64,000 bases of DNA from Perkinsela sp. CCAP 1560/9 (lineage: Eukaryota > Protista > Euglenozoa: Kinetoplastea): assembly GCA_965644495.1 (NCBI GenBank), contig CBFFSA010000004.1, positions 1,067,767-1,131,766 of the forward strand. The letters are read 5' to 3'. Positions within the stretch are counted from its first letter, which is position 1; each line of letters begins with the position of its first letter. The translations under genes and the position numbers were made by a program. This document shows, piece after piece, positions 20,832 to 32,271 of this stretch. Below the pieces are notes generated by a model. The model saw only the letters and a program-made list of their open reading frames with translations. It searched no databases and was not told the DNA's origin.

Positions 20832-21653
20832 ATGTTAGCGTTATTCCCCCGTGGCCCCTTAATGGACCCATGGCAGGCGGACTTCACCGCCTCCTGGGTC
20901 ACCTCCACCTCCACGACCTTCCTCACCTTCCCCCTTGACACACTAAAAGTATTCTGGCAGGCCAACAACAATAACCCCCGACAGACGCTATCCACCCTCG
21001 GGGTCCTCGGGCTCTACCGCGGGGTTCAGGTCAGCCTGCTGCTCAACGGGGTGATCGTCTCCCTGATCTTTACCCTTTTCGAGGGGTGGAAACGAGAACT
21101 CGCGCGTCTCACTCCACTCACGGGGCTCCAGATCCCCATAGCCGCTGGATTTCTCAGCGGGCTGTTCGGCTCCCTGGTGCTGTGCCCCACGAACTGCACA
21201 AAGGCACGGCTGCAGATCCATGGGGGCTCGCTGAAAGAGGCCATAAAGCTGCTGAGGTTCCGCGGGATGTACCGAGGCATTCCTGCCGAGATGACGGCAT
21301 GCTCGATCGGCCGGGCGTGTTACTTTGGAAGCTACGAGGGGGTGAAATCGTTGTTTGTGACAAACCCCACGGAGCGACGGTGGTGGCACTCCATGGCAGC
21401 GGCCACGGTTACCGGAGTCACCGGGTGGACGGTGATCTTTTCCGTGGACTTGGTGAAGACCAAACTGCAGGCCACGCCCTACCGCTATAAGGGGTACTGG
21501 GATTGTGCTGCCCAGACCTACCGTTCGAAAGGAGTGTTGGGGTTCTGGACGGGATATCACCTCGCGGTGTCTCGATCCACACTAAATGCGATTATTGCAC
21601 TCCCGCTGTTCGATGGCACCAAGGAATACCTGCATGGGAACTATGTGCGGTGA
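20832..21653 (+). CDS. Mitochondrial carrier family (SLC25) protein
   Basis: Three carrier repeats: FPLDTLK, CPTNCTKARLQ, FSVDLVKTKLQ, with GLYRG/GMYRG/GFWTG and YKGYWDC. Confidence 0.92.
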   Translation: MLALFPRGPLMDPWQADFTASWVTSTSTTFLTFPLDTLKVFWQANNNNPRQTLSTLGVLGLYRGVQVSLLLNGVIVSLIFTLFEGWKRELARLTPLTGLQIPIAAGFLSGLFGSLVLCPTNCTKARLQIHGGSLKEAIKLLRFRGMYRGIPAEMTACSIGRACYFGSYEGVKSLFVTNPTERRWWHSMAAATVTGVTGWTVIFSVDLVKTKLQATPYRYKGYWDCAAQTYRSKGVLGFWTGYHLAVSRSTLNAIIALPLFDGTKEYLHGNYVR

Positions 21654-22041
21654 TGGGCTCTCCGAGAAAAGGCGAGGGTGTGTGATCCCTGATTCTTACA
21701 TTTTACACATTGTTGTGTGTGAAGGGGTCGTGTTTTACGACACATAGTTTTCGATCTTGAGAATCTAGTCACCTTAAGCAACTTTCTTGCCGTAACCTTT
21801 TGGTTTATTTGTCAAGGGAGCAGTAAAAGTTTCACAAAAAAACAAAAACAACATAAGAATCCATTTTTTTTAATTCGTTTAACTTCTACGTTTGGACAAC
21901 TAGTTTCAGACTAAATTCTTCGTGGTGTACAGCGATCATTCGCGGTGTAGAGCTATATGAAAAAGAAGTTATTTTTTCATTTTTATTTTGTAATAGAGTA
22001 CAACATTGCCTTTACATCACTCTTGCGACAAGCGTCGAAAA

Positions 22042-22791
22042 ATGAACCTAACTGAAAGTAATGAAGTGCAAAACTGTGCAGCGTGTGATCTTTACACAGA
22101 TGAGAATTTCGAAGAAGCCTTAGTCCTGTTAGCGGAATTCCCATATGAAATTTCGGACACTGGAGACGATGAAGAATCATCGAATCGGTCTTCAATTGAT
22201 TGGGAGGAAGTACAACCATGGATGTTTTCGGTTGTAAGTGCACCACTAGAATATGACGTATCACATCGAAACCTACATCTGAAACGTTGGCGAAATGAAA
22301 TGGAAGAGAGCACCACCCTCAATGAACATACAGCAAAAGAGAATGACAACCTAAATGCGAACGAACAAGAATATATCGCACCGGAGACACCGTATGAAAT
22401 ACTATCTTGGAAAGGCATAACAAACGACTTTGGCAGTGGACTGGAGCCACGGGTATACGCACGTGTAATTGCGAAGGCCAATAAACTGATCGTACGACAA
22501 GATCTAAATTCATGCGATGTGGATGAACATCGTACCGAAGGGGATACAATGCGGGTAAATCCATACTTGTTCGGTGCCTATGGTGACTCTGTTCCGAACG
22601 AAGTAGGAACTTTTCCATCTACTGCACATGAGTCTTTCCCTGCATGGACAACACCTGTAGGACTACCGAAAACAAATCAATCATCACAAATCAATCAGCC
22701 CATCCCAACAAGTTTCATATCTCCAAATGAAGCATTGGGATCACGTATAGAACAGTGGAGGCAAAAACAATATAGCGAATTAACTAAGTAG
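22042..22791 (+). CDS. Hypothetical acidic protein
   Basis: ~250-aa ORF in cluster orientation; no recognised motif. Confidence 0.55.
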   Translation: MNLTESNEVQNCAACDLYTDENFEEALVLLAEFPYEISDTGDDEESSNRSSIDWEEVQPWMFSVVSAPLEYDVSHRNLHLKRWRNEMEESTTLNEHTAKENDNLNANEQEYIAPETPYEILSWKGITNDFGSGLEPRVYARVIAKANKLIVRQDLNSCDVDEHRTEGDTMRVNPYLFGAYGDSVPNEVGTFPSTAHESFPAWTTPVGLPKTNQSSQINQPIPTSFISPNEALGSRIEQWRQKQYSELTK

Positions 22792-22994
22792 GCACTAAAC
22801 AGTGTTCTAGTTCTTTCCTATGAGGTTGCTATGAGATATTGCCCCAGAACCGAATTACATGCTTGTACTTATTTTACTGTATATGCGATTGAAGCAGAAC
22901 GTATACTTTTTGTTACAAACATTTTATGTACACTTTTTATCACAAACAATTTAGAACGTACAATATAGGACAAATATATTTCTCGTCCAGAGTG

Positions 22995-25634
22995 ATGCTT
23001 GCGCGCGGTAGACCAATTTCACTTGGCATTCTGAAAAATAGATGTTTGGCATTTCCTGCGTTCTCTCGCTTGATTCGTACGAATACTGTGTCGTTTGGCA
23101 CAAGTGGGAGCTTGTCTTCTCTCGAGACCCTATCAACACCTAGTTTTGGGCCTTTGGTTCCACCCACCTCAACTGGATCGAGCAACAGTACTCCAGTCGA
23201 GGTGTCCAATGTTTCCATGCACGCCTTGTCGGACCTCAACGCTTCCGAGATGCACGGGCCCTGGCTATTGATCCTTCCGGAACTTGACTATTCGGGGGGA
23301 AAGGACAGCCAGCCCATTCCCTCCGGAGAACTTTTGATGCTTCCCTGCGGCACGGCTTATTACCGTCCAGGTGCAGAGTTAGGCTACGGTGTCGGAAAAT
23401 TTGAGGTAACGGCTGGCGGCATGCTTCAAATGCGCTTGGAAATCTATGTCTACGCACAGACTTCCAAGCAACCTGCGACTAACTCACGAATTCTTACTTT
23501 TGAAGGAATTGTACAAAACGCAAAAATTGGATCGCACAATGCTGAGATCTACACTTGTAACGGAAAAGTAGCGTTGGAGGGAAGCGACATGGCCACTGGG
23601 GAATTCCAGATGGCAAAAATGGCAAATTGGAACGCCGAGACGCAAAATCCTCCTCCGTATGCCCCCAATGAGGAGCTGATGCGGGAGCTGGAGAAAGTGA
23701 TACCCCCGATCGAGTCTTTTCCTCGCCGTCGTCGTGTGGACTTCACTAAGCATTCCGTTGGCACGATTCCTCATGTGTACTATGTACCCGAATGGGTGAC
23801 CACTGAGGAGGAATCCACCATGCTGCGTATTCTCAAAAATACCCCATCGGAGGTAAAGTCAAAACTTCAGAAGCGTCTGGTCCAGGAGTACGGTGGCTCC
23901 ATGTGTTCCACTTGCAATACCAGCTTTGTATCGGAGGGCAACCTGCCCACGTGGTGCAACCAGGTCTGTGACGGATTGCTGCAAAGCTCTGTCTTTACCC
24001 CTGCGACATTTCCAAACAACGTACGAGTGCATGAGTATCAGCCGGGAGAAGGGATCGCACCCCACGTGGACGGTCCTATTTACGTCCCGCGTGTTGCCAT
24101 TCTCTCACTTGCCGCCCCTACGCTTATCTCGTTTTACCCTCGCCGTGAGCCCTATACCAACCCCATGGACCACTACGATGACACGTTCAAATTTGATGGG
24201 GAGATCGCGAAGGAGCGACCGATCCAAAGTTTAATACTGGAGCCACGCTCCTTGCTTGTCTTTTCGAGCGACGCCTACTGGTTGCATCCTCATGGGATTA
24301 CCGATAAATTGGAAGACTCGCTGTTAGAGGAGCATGCGGGTCCGATTGTGAATCGAAGCGTTGTGCACTGCGTTCCGCCCACAGCAACAAAACTTGCACG
24401 GAAGTACCGAGTAGGGGTCACGGTCCGCAATTTGCTCCCCCGATGCAATCATCAGCCTACTCGCGCTGAGTACTTTCTTTCTCGGGCGTTGCACATTACG
24501 GAAGGAGCAACCCCCAAAAAGCACATTCCTATGAAAACTAAGACCAAGAGCACAATGCCTGCTTCATTGGACACCAAACCCCCGCACCCTACCTCAACAT
24601 CTACACCGGCAAAAGCCATACCCCAAGCCCCTGAACCCACCCCACGCCGTTTCACCCTTCCTCGTCTTCGAACCCCCACAACGTCGGAAGCCCCGACCGT
24701 ATCTTCCTCCCCACCCTCCACGCCTACCACGACGTCCCCTGTCTCCCCCACCCCTCCACCCCCCTCCCCTTCGAAATTTTCCCACCCCTCAACTCCCCCT
24801 CTCCATCCCCCAACCGCCGCTTCTCCACGACACCACGACACCCCCACCGTACCCCCGGCCCTACCCACAACCCCTCCCCCTCCCCTCCCCCCGGGGTACC
24901 CCCCCTACCCACATGTCCCCTACCCCCCCATCTACCCCCTGGGTGTCTACCCCTGTGTGTACCCCGTAGTGCACACACCCCCCTATGCCCTGTGGAACAC
25001 ATGTAACCACAGTACAATGGTTAACCCCAATACAATGGTTAACCCCAATGCAATGGTTAACCCCAATGCAACGGTTAACCCCAATGCAATGGGTATCCAC
25101 AACACAATGGTTAACCCCAATGCAACGGTTAACCCCAATGCAATGGGTATCCACAACACAATGGTTAACCCCAATGCAATGGGTAGCCACACTACAATGG
25201 GTAACCCCAGTACTATGGTTAACCCCAATACAATGGGTAGCCCCACACAAAGTAATCCGGGCTCACAGGGGACACAAGATACAAATACAAGTCCAGAGAA
25301 TACGGTGATGGGATCCCATGGGGAGGGAATGAAAGACACAAGTAGAGTTCGGGAAGCTGGGGAACAGTACGGGGGGGACACGCTCAAACAAGCGTTAGAG
25401 GAGAGTAAGGAACGCGTGAGTGCGTTACGTGGTGATGTTGCGGCACTGCAAAAAGTGGTGGAGGGGTTTCAGAAGGCCACGAATGCGATACTGCAGGCGA
25501 TGGTGGAGAACCATGTGAAGGCGAAACAGGATCAGGGGCTTGCGTTGGATGCCATGTGTAAAGCGGTGGTGGAAACGAATGCGATGGTGAAACAGATGGC
25601 ACAAACTGTGAAGGATAAGTTGATTGAAAACTAA
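22995..25634 (+). CDS. ALKBH6-like 2OG-Fe(II) dioxygenase with N-terminal extension, Pro-rich region, hexapeptide repeats and C-terminal coiled coil
   Basis: YYVPEWVTTEEE, PNNVRVHEYQPGEGIAPHVDGP (HxD), LEPRSLLVF..DAY..HPHGI and RKYRVGVTVR. The Arg/Leu-rich N-terminus resembles a mitochondrial presequence. Confidence 0.85.
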   Translation: MLARGRPISLGILKNRCLAFPAFSRLIRTNTVSFGTSGSLSSLETLSTPSFGPLVPPTSTGSSNSTPVEVSNVSMHALSDLNASEMHGPWLLILPELDYSGGKDSQPIPSGELLMLPCGTAYYRPGAELGYGVGKFEVTAGGMLQMRLEIYVYAQTSKQPATNSRILTFEGIVQNAKIGSHNAEIYTCNGKVALEGSDMATGEFQMAKMANWNAETQNPPPYAPNEELMRELEKVIPPIESFPRRRRVDFTKHSVGTIPHVYYVPEWVTTEEESTMLRILKNTPSEVKSKLQKRLVQEYGGSMCSTCNTSFVSEGNLPTWCNQVCDGLLQSSVFTPATFPNNVRVHEYQPGEGIAPHVDGPIYVPRVAILSLAAPTLISFYPRREPYTNPMDHYDDTFKFDGEIAKERPIQSLILEPRSLLVFSSDAYWLHPHGITDKLEDSLLEEHAGPIVNRSVVHCVPPTATKLARKYRVGVTVRNLLPRCNHQPTRAEYFLSRALHITEGATPKKHIPMKTKTKSTMPASLDTKPPHPTSTSTPAKAIPQAPEPTPRRFTLPRLRTPTTSEAPTVSSSPPSTPTTTSPVSPTPPPPSPSKFSHPSTPPLHPPTAASPRHHDTPTVPPALPTTPPPPLPPGYPPYPHVPYPPIYPLGVYPCVYPVVHTPPYALWNTCNHSTMVNPNTMVNPNAMVNPNATVNPNAMGIHNTMVNPNATVNPNAMGIHNTMVNPNAMGSHTTMGNPSTMVNPNTMGSPTQSNPGSQGTQDTNTSPENTVMGSHGEGMKDTSRVREAGEQYGGDTLKQALEESKERVSALRGDVAALQKVVEGFQKATNAILQAMVENHVKAKQDQGLALDAMCKAVVETNAMVKQMAQTVKDKLIEN
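25014..25240 (+). repeat. 18-bp coding minisatellite (MVNPN[AT])n
   Basis: ATGGTTAACCCCAATGCA-type units repeated about 12 times in frame. Confidence 0.9.
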
Positions 25635-25890
25635 GAAAAATGAAAGTACTGTGCACTTTTTGAATCATCTGGAAGAGTTCCTTGTAAGAGCATGAATGAT
25701 GTGAATGGGCTCGCTTCCTATACGTTTAGCTTTGCTAGCATTAGATGCGTGTACATCGGTACGCATTCACAAACATAAGTTTTTTCTCTATACAACAGAG
25801 TTTTTTCTCTGTAGACAAAACCCAATATTTATCGCACCAAAATTCCTGAAACCTTTTTTCCATAATTAAATTTATAGGTTTTACTCGTTT

Positions 25891-26622
25891 ATGTCCGACA
25901 TCGAGGAACCTCCTACCAAAAGGTCACGAGTAGGAAAAATTTCGAGCATTTCTTTGCCTGTCGAAATCGAATTCGTACGCTTTATTCGAGACATTCAGAA
26001 CCCCTACGCCTCCTGGGACGGGGAGACTCAAATCAGTGAGTGGAGCGGAATCCGCCGATCGCACGAGACACACTATCACATACATTGGAGTAATCGAAAT
26101 CTTCGCGGATCCTTGTACTGGGAGTGTATTCCTCCGAATATCGTTTCTCTTGATCTCACAGCCAATCAACTACGCGGGAACGTGACTTTGGCGTTTGTTC
26201 CGTCCTGTTGTCATCGAATAAAACTCGGTCATAACTCATTTGGTCCGGGCTTGGATATGTCGGTGTTGCCGCAGTCGTTACAAATCCTTGACCTGTCAGA
26301 AAATCGATTTCGAACGCCCTTGGAACTGCGGAATCTCCCGCGACAACTTACACATCTGATATTGCATCACAACAGCTTTACAGGTACTCTTCGTATGTCT
26401 GATGTTCCCGCTTCATTGTCTCTTCTAGATGTTCAGTACAATAAAATTACACTTTTGGAGTCGGCCGAGACACCTTGTACCGTTCGGTACAACGACAATC
26501 CATTCCGCAATAGTTTAGGAAAGGGACAGCCTATCCTTGATGATTTGTTTCACGAAACAGCGTCTAAAGGGCAACCCTCAGTGAAGGATTTGTTTCACAA
26601 ACAGAAGGCTTCACCTGAGTAG
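25891..26622 (+). CDS. Leucine-rich-repeat protein (same family as 17135-20255)
   Basis: SRVGK...LP.E..F..FI..I.NP..W cap and LxxLDLxxNxF repeats. Confidence 0.88.
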   Translation: MSDIEEPPTKRSRVGKISSISLPVEIEFVRFIRDIQNPYASWDGETQISEWSGIRRSHETHYHIHWSNRNLRGSLYWECIPPNIVSLDLTANQLRGNVTLAFVPSCCHRIKLGHNSFGPGLDMSVLPQSLQILDLSENRFRTPLELRNLPRQLTHLILHHNSFTGTLRMSDVPASLSLLDVQYNKITLLESAETPCTVRYNDNPFRNSLGKGQPILDDLFHETASKGQPSVKDLFHKQKASPE

Positions 26623-26995
26623 AATTTGTGAATTAGAGGTGTATCCTAGAGGCGGGATCCTAGAACTATTGGTTGGTGAAGTAGAAGATGCGCTTCTGGA
26701 GTCATTAATTTCAACATTTATAGCGAATGTTACTTTCTGACGCCCGGTTTTTGGTTAAAATATGGATGCTTTCTTGCTAAATATTCTGGAACGGCTTACA
26801 TTTTGCTCACAGGATCTTTTTTTTCTTAATTTTAATTTAATTGGCGATTCAAATTGTTATTCCTTCACTACAACACAACTGCATGCTATTTCCCTGAACG
26901 CGCTTGAAGTCTTTTTTGCTTTTTTTCAGTTTATGTATTCTGTTTTATCCTAAGAAGGATTTTTGACTACGATATCATCGTACTTTATTTTGTAA

Positions 26996-27829
26996 ATGTG
27001 TGAAATTTCGAGTCAGGAACTGACCTTAACTTCAGTTTACTATGATGTGCGAAAACCACCAAGACAGGTGCTCAAATTTCTGTTGATGTTCTTCTCGTCC
27101 ATTCTTGTATTACAATTCACGTTTCTTCGTTCCATCAGATTCGATCGCGTAAATCATAGAAAATCTTATAGGAATCCTGAACAAGAAGAACATGATCAAC
27201 ACTCCTCCAATGCGCTCAATTTTAGTTCCACAGGTAGTGAAAAATTGAAGCTCGAAGGCTTCTACCTCAACGAAATTGTGATTGAACTTTTCTTGTTACT
27301 AAACACCCTTAGCGATAGTATCTTTGATGAGTTGAAATCGTGGTACGACTTGTTTCAGAGAAAAAAGCACGTAACTTGTGGTGCGGGCATCTGGAATACC
27401 TGGCTCCACCGATTCCAAGTTCCGTCCTACATTCCGCTCCTACTGAACAATCTGATAATTGCCAGCATTACAGGGACTCTACTTTATACCTTCCTTTTCT
27501 ACGTTGCATCGGAATCTCTTGCATTGTACGAAGACGTTGGACTGCAACTAGAAGGATATTCTTACTTCGGATTACAATGTTATCACCGTTTTATTCCTTG
27601 GGACCGTATACATGGAGTGTACATCAACGAAAACTTTCATCGTTTTCAGGTAATTTATGTCCTTTGCATAGTATGGAGAGATTCCACGTCTCATATTCGA
27701 ACAAGTGTCGCTTTCCAAGAAACATTGCCTCGCATTGCACTCCTACAAAAGGTGTACAAAAGACTGCAATATTCGCTTTGTCATAGCGAAGAATGCTCTT
27801 ATTCTGTCCCGTCGACGAAAGCTCCATAA
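26996..27829 (+). CDS. PIGH: GPI-GlcNAc transferase subunit PIG-H/Gpi15
   Basis: ESLALYEDVGLQL...RFIPWDRIHGVYINENF...YVLCIV...VAFQETLPR..L..VY matches the PIG-H domain; two TM segments. Confidence 0.85.
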   Translation: MCEISSQELTLTSVYYDVRKPPRQVLKFLLMFFSSILVLQFTFLRSIRFDRVNHRKSYRNPEQEEHDQHSSNALNFSSTGSEKLKLEGFYLNEIVIELFLLLNTLSDSIFDELKSWYDLFQRKKHVTCGAGIWNTWLHRFQVPSYIPLLLNNLIIASITGTLLYTFLFYVASESLALYEDVGLQLEGYSYFGLQCYHRFIPWDRIHGVYINENFHRFQVIYVLCIVWRDSTSHIRTSVAFQETLPRIALLQKVYKRLQYSLCHSEECSYSVPSTKAP

Positions 27830-27984
27830 TTTCATTTCTGTGTATTGAGACTTCAAAAGACTTACTGTTTGGCCTGCTTTTTTTCATACTACATCGCAAT
27901 GTTTGTGATTTAAGCCTCTGAGATACATGAGATTCTAGATATTCTTGATTGATTTATTTTTTTCGTAAGCCCTTTTGTACCACA

Positions 27985-28560
27985 ATGTTTCGCCCCTCCT
28001 CTACATTACTCATGACGATTTTCATGATCGTCGTGCTCCGTACCGTTGACATGACAAAGATCGAAACGCTTCACCGCATTTACCTTGTGTACGTCACTGT
28101 ACACGGCCTACTGGCTCTCGCCCTGATTGATTTGTATTTCCGTATTCTCCGACGAGCCGATCACACGAAACTTTGCTACAAGGAACCAAAGTCATTGGGC
28201 TCCGGACTTCAACCACAGGAAGGGGACGGAAACACCGAAACGACACATATGAACTATGATCTCGCAAAATGGCGCGAGTTGGCCTTTTCTCGACTTTTTC
28301 TTGGTGTGCTTATTTTGTGCTTCGTGCACTACAAATGGGGCGTAGTGCCGCCGCTGCTGTATCAGTGCGTCCATCACCCCATGACGTTGTACAACAGTCC
28401 GATTTTCCAAATCCACACGTTGGGCAAACGTGCTTATGATAATCTACAGCGCCCTTTTGCTGAACCCAATGCGCTGCTTCGAATGACGCAAGGTGCAGAG
28501 GAAAATGCGAAGCCCTCTCGCGCAGAGCGACGAAGAGAAAAATCGGAGTCGACCGAATAA
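27985..28560 (+). CDS. PHO88: Pho88/Snd3 family ER membrane protein
   Basis: TTHMNYDL, HYKWGVVPPLLYQ, SPIFQIH.LGK.A...LQRPF. Confidence 0.88.
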   Translation: MFRPSSTLLMTIFMIVVLRTVDMTKIETLHRIYLVYVTVHGLLALALIDLYFRILRRADHTKLCYKEPKSLGSGLQPQEGDGNTETTHMNYDLAKWRELAFSRLFLGVLILCFVHYKWGVVPPLLYQCVHHPMTLYNSPIFQIHTLGKRAYDNLQRPFAEPNALLRMTQGAEENAKPSRAERRREKSESTE

Positions 28561-28920
28561 AAAACGAGCGAATAAAGCCAGTGGCTCTAATTATTAAACC
28601 ATCCGCTTTTTATACGAGTTTTACAGTATGTATGTTGAGATCCCTAATGCATGTTTTTTAATCTCTCTTTGTAACGCTAATCACATGCTTTTGCTTATTT
28701 AGCTTTCGCATTATTTCTTCTTCCCTTCTTTCTTTCCTTGATTTTTGCGTAGATGTTGTGCGGTGGGCTACGTATGGCAAACCACTTGTATCGTAAAAAC
28801 GATTAGGCGCTTCTCTTTCATATACAGGATAAGTCCTCTTCAAAAGCAGTCACACTGCTTGGTTATTGTAAATGTTTCTTTGAGCATTCTCCATTAAATT
28901 TTTTAAACACGTACCGAACA

Positions 28921-29694
28921 ATGAATTGCCCACTTCTATTTTCATCGCAGCCTTCTCGAAATCGAGATTGTTCCTTGATTCACCTTCTCTTTGATTTAAT
29001 ACAGGCAGATGTCAAACTAGGTGACTGTGTAGCCCAACGATGTGCAGCAGAGTTTTTGCATCGACTGCGGGCGTTAGATACGTATGAAGACTTTCCTGTA
29101 GATTATCGGCGCATGTTCAGCGTGTACATCATTCTGACTGATGTTCGAAAGAACGTATCGGATATTACTGCTCTCCGAGACATGTGTCAACGTTTAAAAG
29201 AAATAGACATCGTGAATAAATTGAAATTGCTATTAGATTCATATGAATCTTTATCGAATGCAACATCGAACTCATACAAAGAGTTGAATCTTTTGTCGCG
29301 TATGTTGGAAAAGTTTGAAACGGGATCCGTAGATGAACAATGTGAAGTTGCTGAGTTGGAAGCTTTATCAAAGTATGCTCAAAACACGACATTGAACGTA
29401 TGCTGCTTCGTCATAGAAACACTCTCTAGGAATATGAGCAGTGAGACAAATACCTCAAATGATGTAGTCGGAAGATCGCACCATCCATCCATTTATTTTC
29501 ACGTCACGTATGATGCGAAGTCCGAGCATCAACCACGTCGCAAAGATCAATGTGAGCTGTTCAACAATGCTACGAAAGCGATGCACGTTCAAAGGACCTA
29601 CGCACTAAGACACCATTCAATGTCAACCTCGTCTCACAATATCGAAGGTGGCAACAAGAGCGCGTACATCCTTCTAGAGGAGCAATACTCATAG
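28921..29694 (+). CDS. Hypothetical protein
   Basis: 257-aa ORF in cluster orientation; no recognised motif. Confidence 0.5.
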   Translation: MNCPLLFSSQPSRNRDCSLIHLLFDLIQADVKLGDCVAQRCAAEFLHRLRALDTYEDFPVDYRRMFSVYIILTDVRKNVSDITALRDMCQRLKEIDIVNKLKLLLDSYESLSNATSNSYKELNLLSRMLEKFETGSVDEQCEVAELEALSKYAQNTTLNVCCFVIETLSRNMSSETNTSNDVVGRSHHPSIYFHVTYDAKSEHQPRRKDQCELFNNATKAMHVQRTYALRHHSMSTSSHNIEGGNKSAYILLEEQYS

Positions 29695-29939
29695 GCATGG
29701 GTTGCACGTGACTAGAGTATGCTGGGTATCTTTTTTTCTGATTTATTTGATTTCTACACTTGAGGGTGAAGCCTTAAAGATTTTAATGCACGGTGCGAAT
29801 TGTTCTGTTTTGGCTACACTAAATAACAACGCTAATTCATTTCTTCTGCTTGGAAAATCTTTATCTACCTGTCGTATTTTCACGAGAAATCAATGTCATT
29901 TTTATAGCACAGACTGTTCACATCGTGATTGGAAAGTGA

Positions 29940-31964
29940 ATGGGACGTCTTGCGCTATATTCCGATGTGAGTGGTGTACATTGGATAGATTTTTCTGAGG
30001 AAGAGTTGCCATCTGAGGAATTCAATCGTAATTCGAAGCATACTGTACGTCTTCCAGATGCCCTCAAAGCAAAACGAAAACCTGTCCAACCGACGGAGGA
30101 CATCTGCTTGCCGCCAGACTTGTTAGCACTGAAGTGGCGCCCTTCACAGTATACCGAACTCCTCAGCGATGAAACCTGCAACCTGCAAGTTATGGCCTAC
30201 TTTCAATCATACGCTGAACTATTCCAAAAGCAATCGACAGCCACACGGCACGAGGAGGATGCGGACGTTCCTTATCGCGCATTGTTACTCACCGGACCCC
30301 CTGGAGTGGGTAAGAGTACTGTGTGTAACGTCATAGCCTCCCACTGGGGATTCCACACAATAGAGATCAACGCGAGTAGGGAGCGTAGTGAGGGGGCCCT
30401 CGCAAAGACGCTTCAAACCGTCCTGCAGGCCGCAAAGAATCAGTCCATTGCGGAGGGTGAAGGGAAAAACTTTCTTCTCATTGAGGAGGTAGATGGGATT
30501 TCTCCCAGTGGACTCAGCGCGTTGACGAATCATGGGCTAAAGTCCAACGTGCCGGTCCCGATTATATGCATTGCAAATGACTTGTACACACCCACGTTGC
30601 GCACATTGAGGCAACAGAGCGTGGTTGGGGTCATACAGTTTCCCGCTGTCCAGGAGTCACGTATGGCCTCTCGATTTCTTCGCATCATCACTAGTGAGGG
30701 GCTATATCCCTCTCTCGGGCCTACAGAGAAGTCCATGTTAGTAAAACGCATTGCGGCGACCTCCGAAGGGGATATGCGAAAAGGTCTCAATCTTCTTCAG
30801 TTTGCTTTTCTTCCCGCAGAAACGGATGAAGTCGAAGGCTCAGCTCTCACAAGCACACCATTTCATCTCTGGAAACGTGTATTCCGAAGAGGGTCGTTGG
30901 AGGATGAGGCCACCAAAAAGCTGGTGCATGTGCGTGAACTGGCTGCTAAACTTCGGAATTTTGAAGACCTTGCTTTAGCCTCCGCAGGGGTGTATGAGAA
31001 CTATCTGAGTTATTTGGGCACTGGGGACTACACATATGACCGCGGATTACACACATGTAGGGCAGCGGAATGGTGGACAACCAGCGATCGCAGAAAACAA
31101 ACAGTTGCTGACACGGATATGGTATGTGCGGCTGTAGCCGCCACTCATATTTCTTGCCAGGGCCATCGAACCGCCACACCCTCCTTGCATTGGCCTCGCT
31201 GCGCGAGCGCATGCACCTCACTTAGCGGAATACGACAAGGCGAGCTAACCGAGCTCTCTCAGTTATACACCGTGAACAGAGGCGTGTTTATGAGCCCGTG
31301 GGATGTATTACTGGAGTACGTACCGTGTGTGCATTCCCTCTGTACGGCCTTACGAGAGAAAATGCCCTCTGCGAGATCGGTTTCTCATTTGGACATGCTA
31401 TCCGCGGAAAGGATCGCATACGTTTCATATGTCGCGGAAGTGTTGCGGTGCTACGCCCCGTCCCTACTCACTTCTGGGATACATGCAGCGTCTACCGCGC
31501 GTCTGTCCGCGAAGAACCGATTCGCCAATCAGAAAGTGGAGGTAGAATCAGATGCTGCGAATTCCGTGCATCTACTTGGCTCCTCTCTTCTTCCTGTGCA
31601 TGTGCAGGGTTTTCTGTGCGAAGCCTATGCTAGGCAAGGAAACCGAGACCAAAAGCATAAGGCCGGTTCCGGTACTTCGGCAGAAATTTCATCCGCATCT
31701 GGCCAAAGGAAATCGATGGGTAACTCAGTAAGTAAGACACGTGAGGCACAGAGCGATAAGATCGTAGAGCCACCGAAAAAGGTACAAAAGCGAAGGGATC
31801 CTTTTCATAAGTTTAGGAAGGTCACTGTTGAATCATCAGACGGAAATAGCATCTCCGACTCGAAAAATACAAGCATAGTTACGGTACATAAGGTTCGGTA
31901 CAAGCCTAGCGTCGCTACGACTTCATCGGTGCGAAGAGATGCCTTTATTGAAGATTTTCTGTAA
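29940..31964 (+). CDS. CTF18: Ctf18, RFC-like clamp loader AAA+ ATPase
   Basis: KWRPSQYTELLSDE, GPPGVGKST, IEINASRERS, LLIEEVDG, PIICIANDLYTP.LR.LR, GDMRKGLN and C-terminal VRYK....SSVRR...IEDFL. Confidence 0.9.
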   Translation: MGRLALYSDVSGVHWIDFSEEELPSEEFNRNSKHTVRLPDALKAKRKPVQPTEDICLPPDLLALKWRPSQYTELLSDETCNLQVMAYFQSYAELFQKQSTATRHEEDADVPYRALLLTGPPGVGKSTVCNVIASHWGFHTIEINASRERSEGALAKTLQTVLQAAKNQSIAEGEGKNFLLIEEVDGISPSGLSALTNHGLKSNVPVPIICIANDLYTPTLRTLRQQSVVGVIQFPAVQESRMASRFLRIITSEGLYPSLGPTEKSMLVKRIAATSEGDMRKGLNLLQFAFLPAETDEVEGSALTSTPFHLWKRVFRRGSLEDEATKKLVHVRELAAKLRNFEDLALASAGVYENYLSYLGTGDYTYDRGLHTCRAAEWWTTSDRRKQTVADTDMVCAAVAATHISCQGHRTATPSLHWPRCASACTSLSGIRQGELTELSQLYTVNRGVFMSPWDVLLEYVPCVHSLCTALREKMPSARSVSHLDMLSAERIAYVSYVAEVLRCYAPSLLTSGIHAASTARLSAKNRFANQKVEVESDAANSVHLLGSSLLPVHVQGFLCEAYARQGNRDQKHKAGSGTSAEISSASGQRKSMGNSVSKTREAQSDKIVEPPKKVQKRRDPFHKFRKVTVESSDGNSISDSKNTSIVTVHKVRYKPSVATTSSVRRDAFIEDFL

Positions 31965-32271
31965 ATGGTGCCATCATTTCTGTATTTCGCATGCCCTGTT
32001 GCAGAATTTTTTACACGCCTACGGTTTTTCTATCATATAAAATTGGCATTGTCAACAGACGAGTGGCAATAATATTTTACTTCAAACTAACATCTCTGAT
32101 TCATATTTTTTTGCATAGGGGAGACCTGAAAACACAACGGCTGTGTATTGAACCAATCATTTCCTTTCTCTAAGCAGTGAATGATTAGTAAATGATCAAA
32201 TTGTTCCCTACAGTGGTGAATTAGAAGGTAAGAAATATTGATGTATGGCTAGTCACTCGGGCCTATGAATA

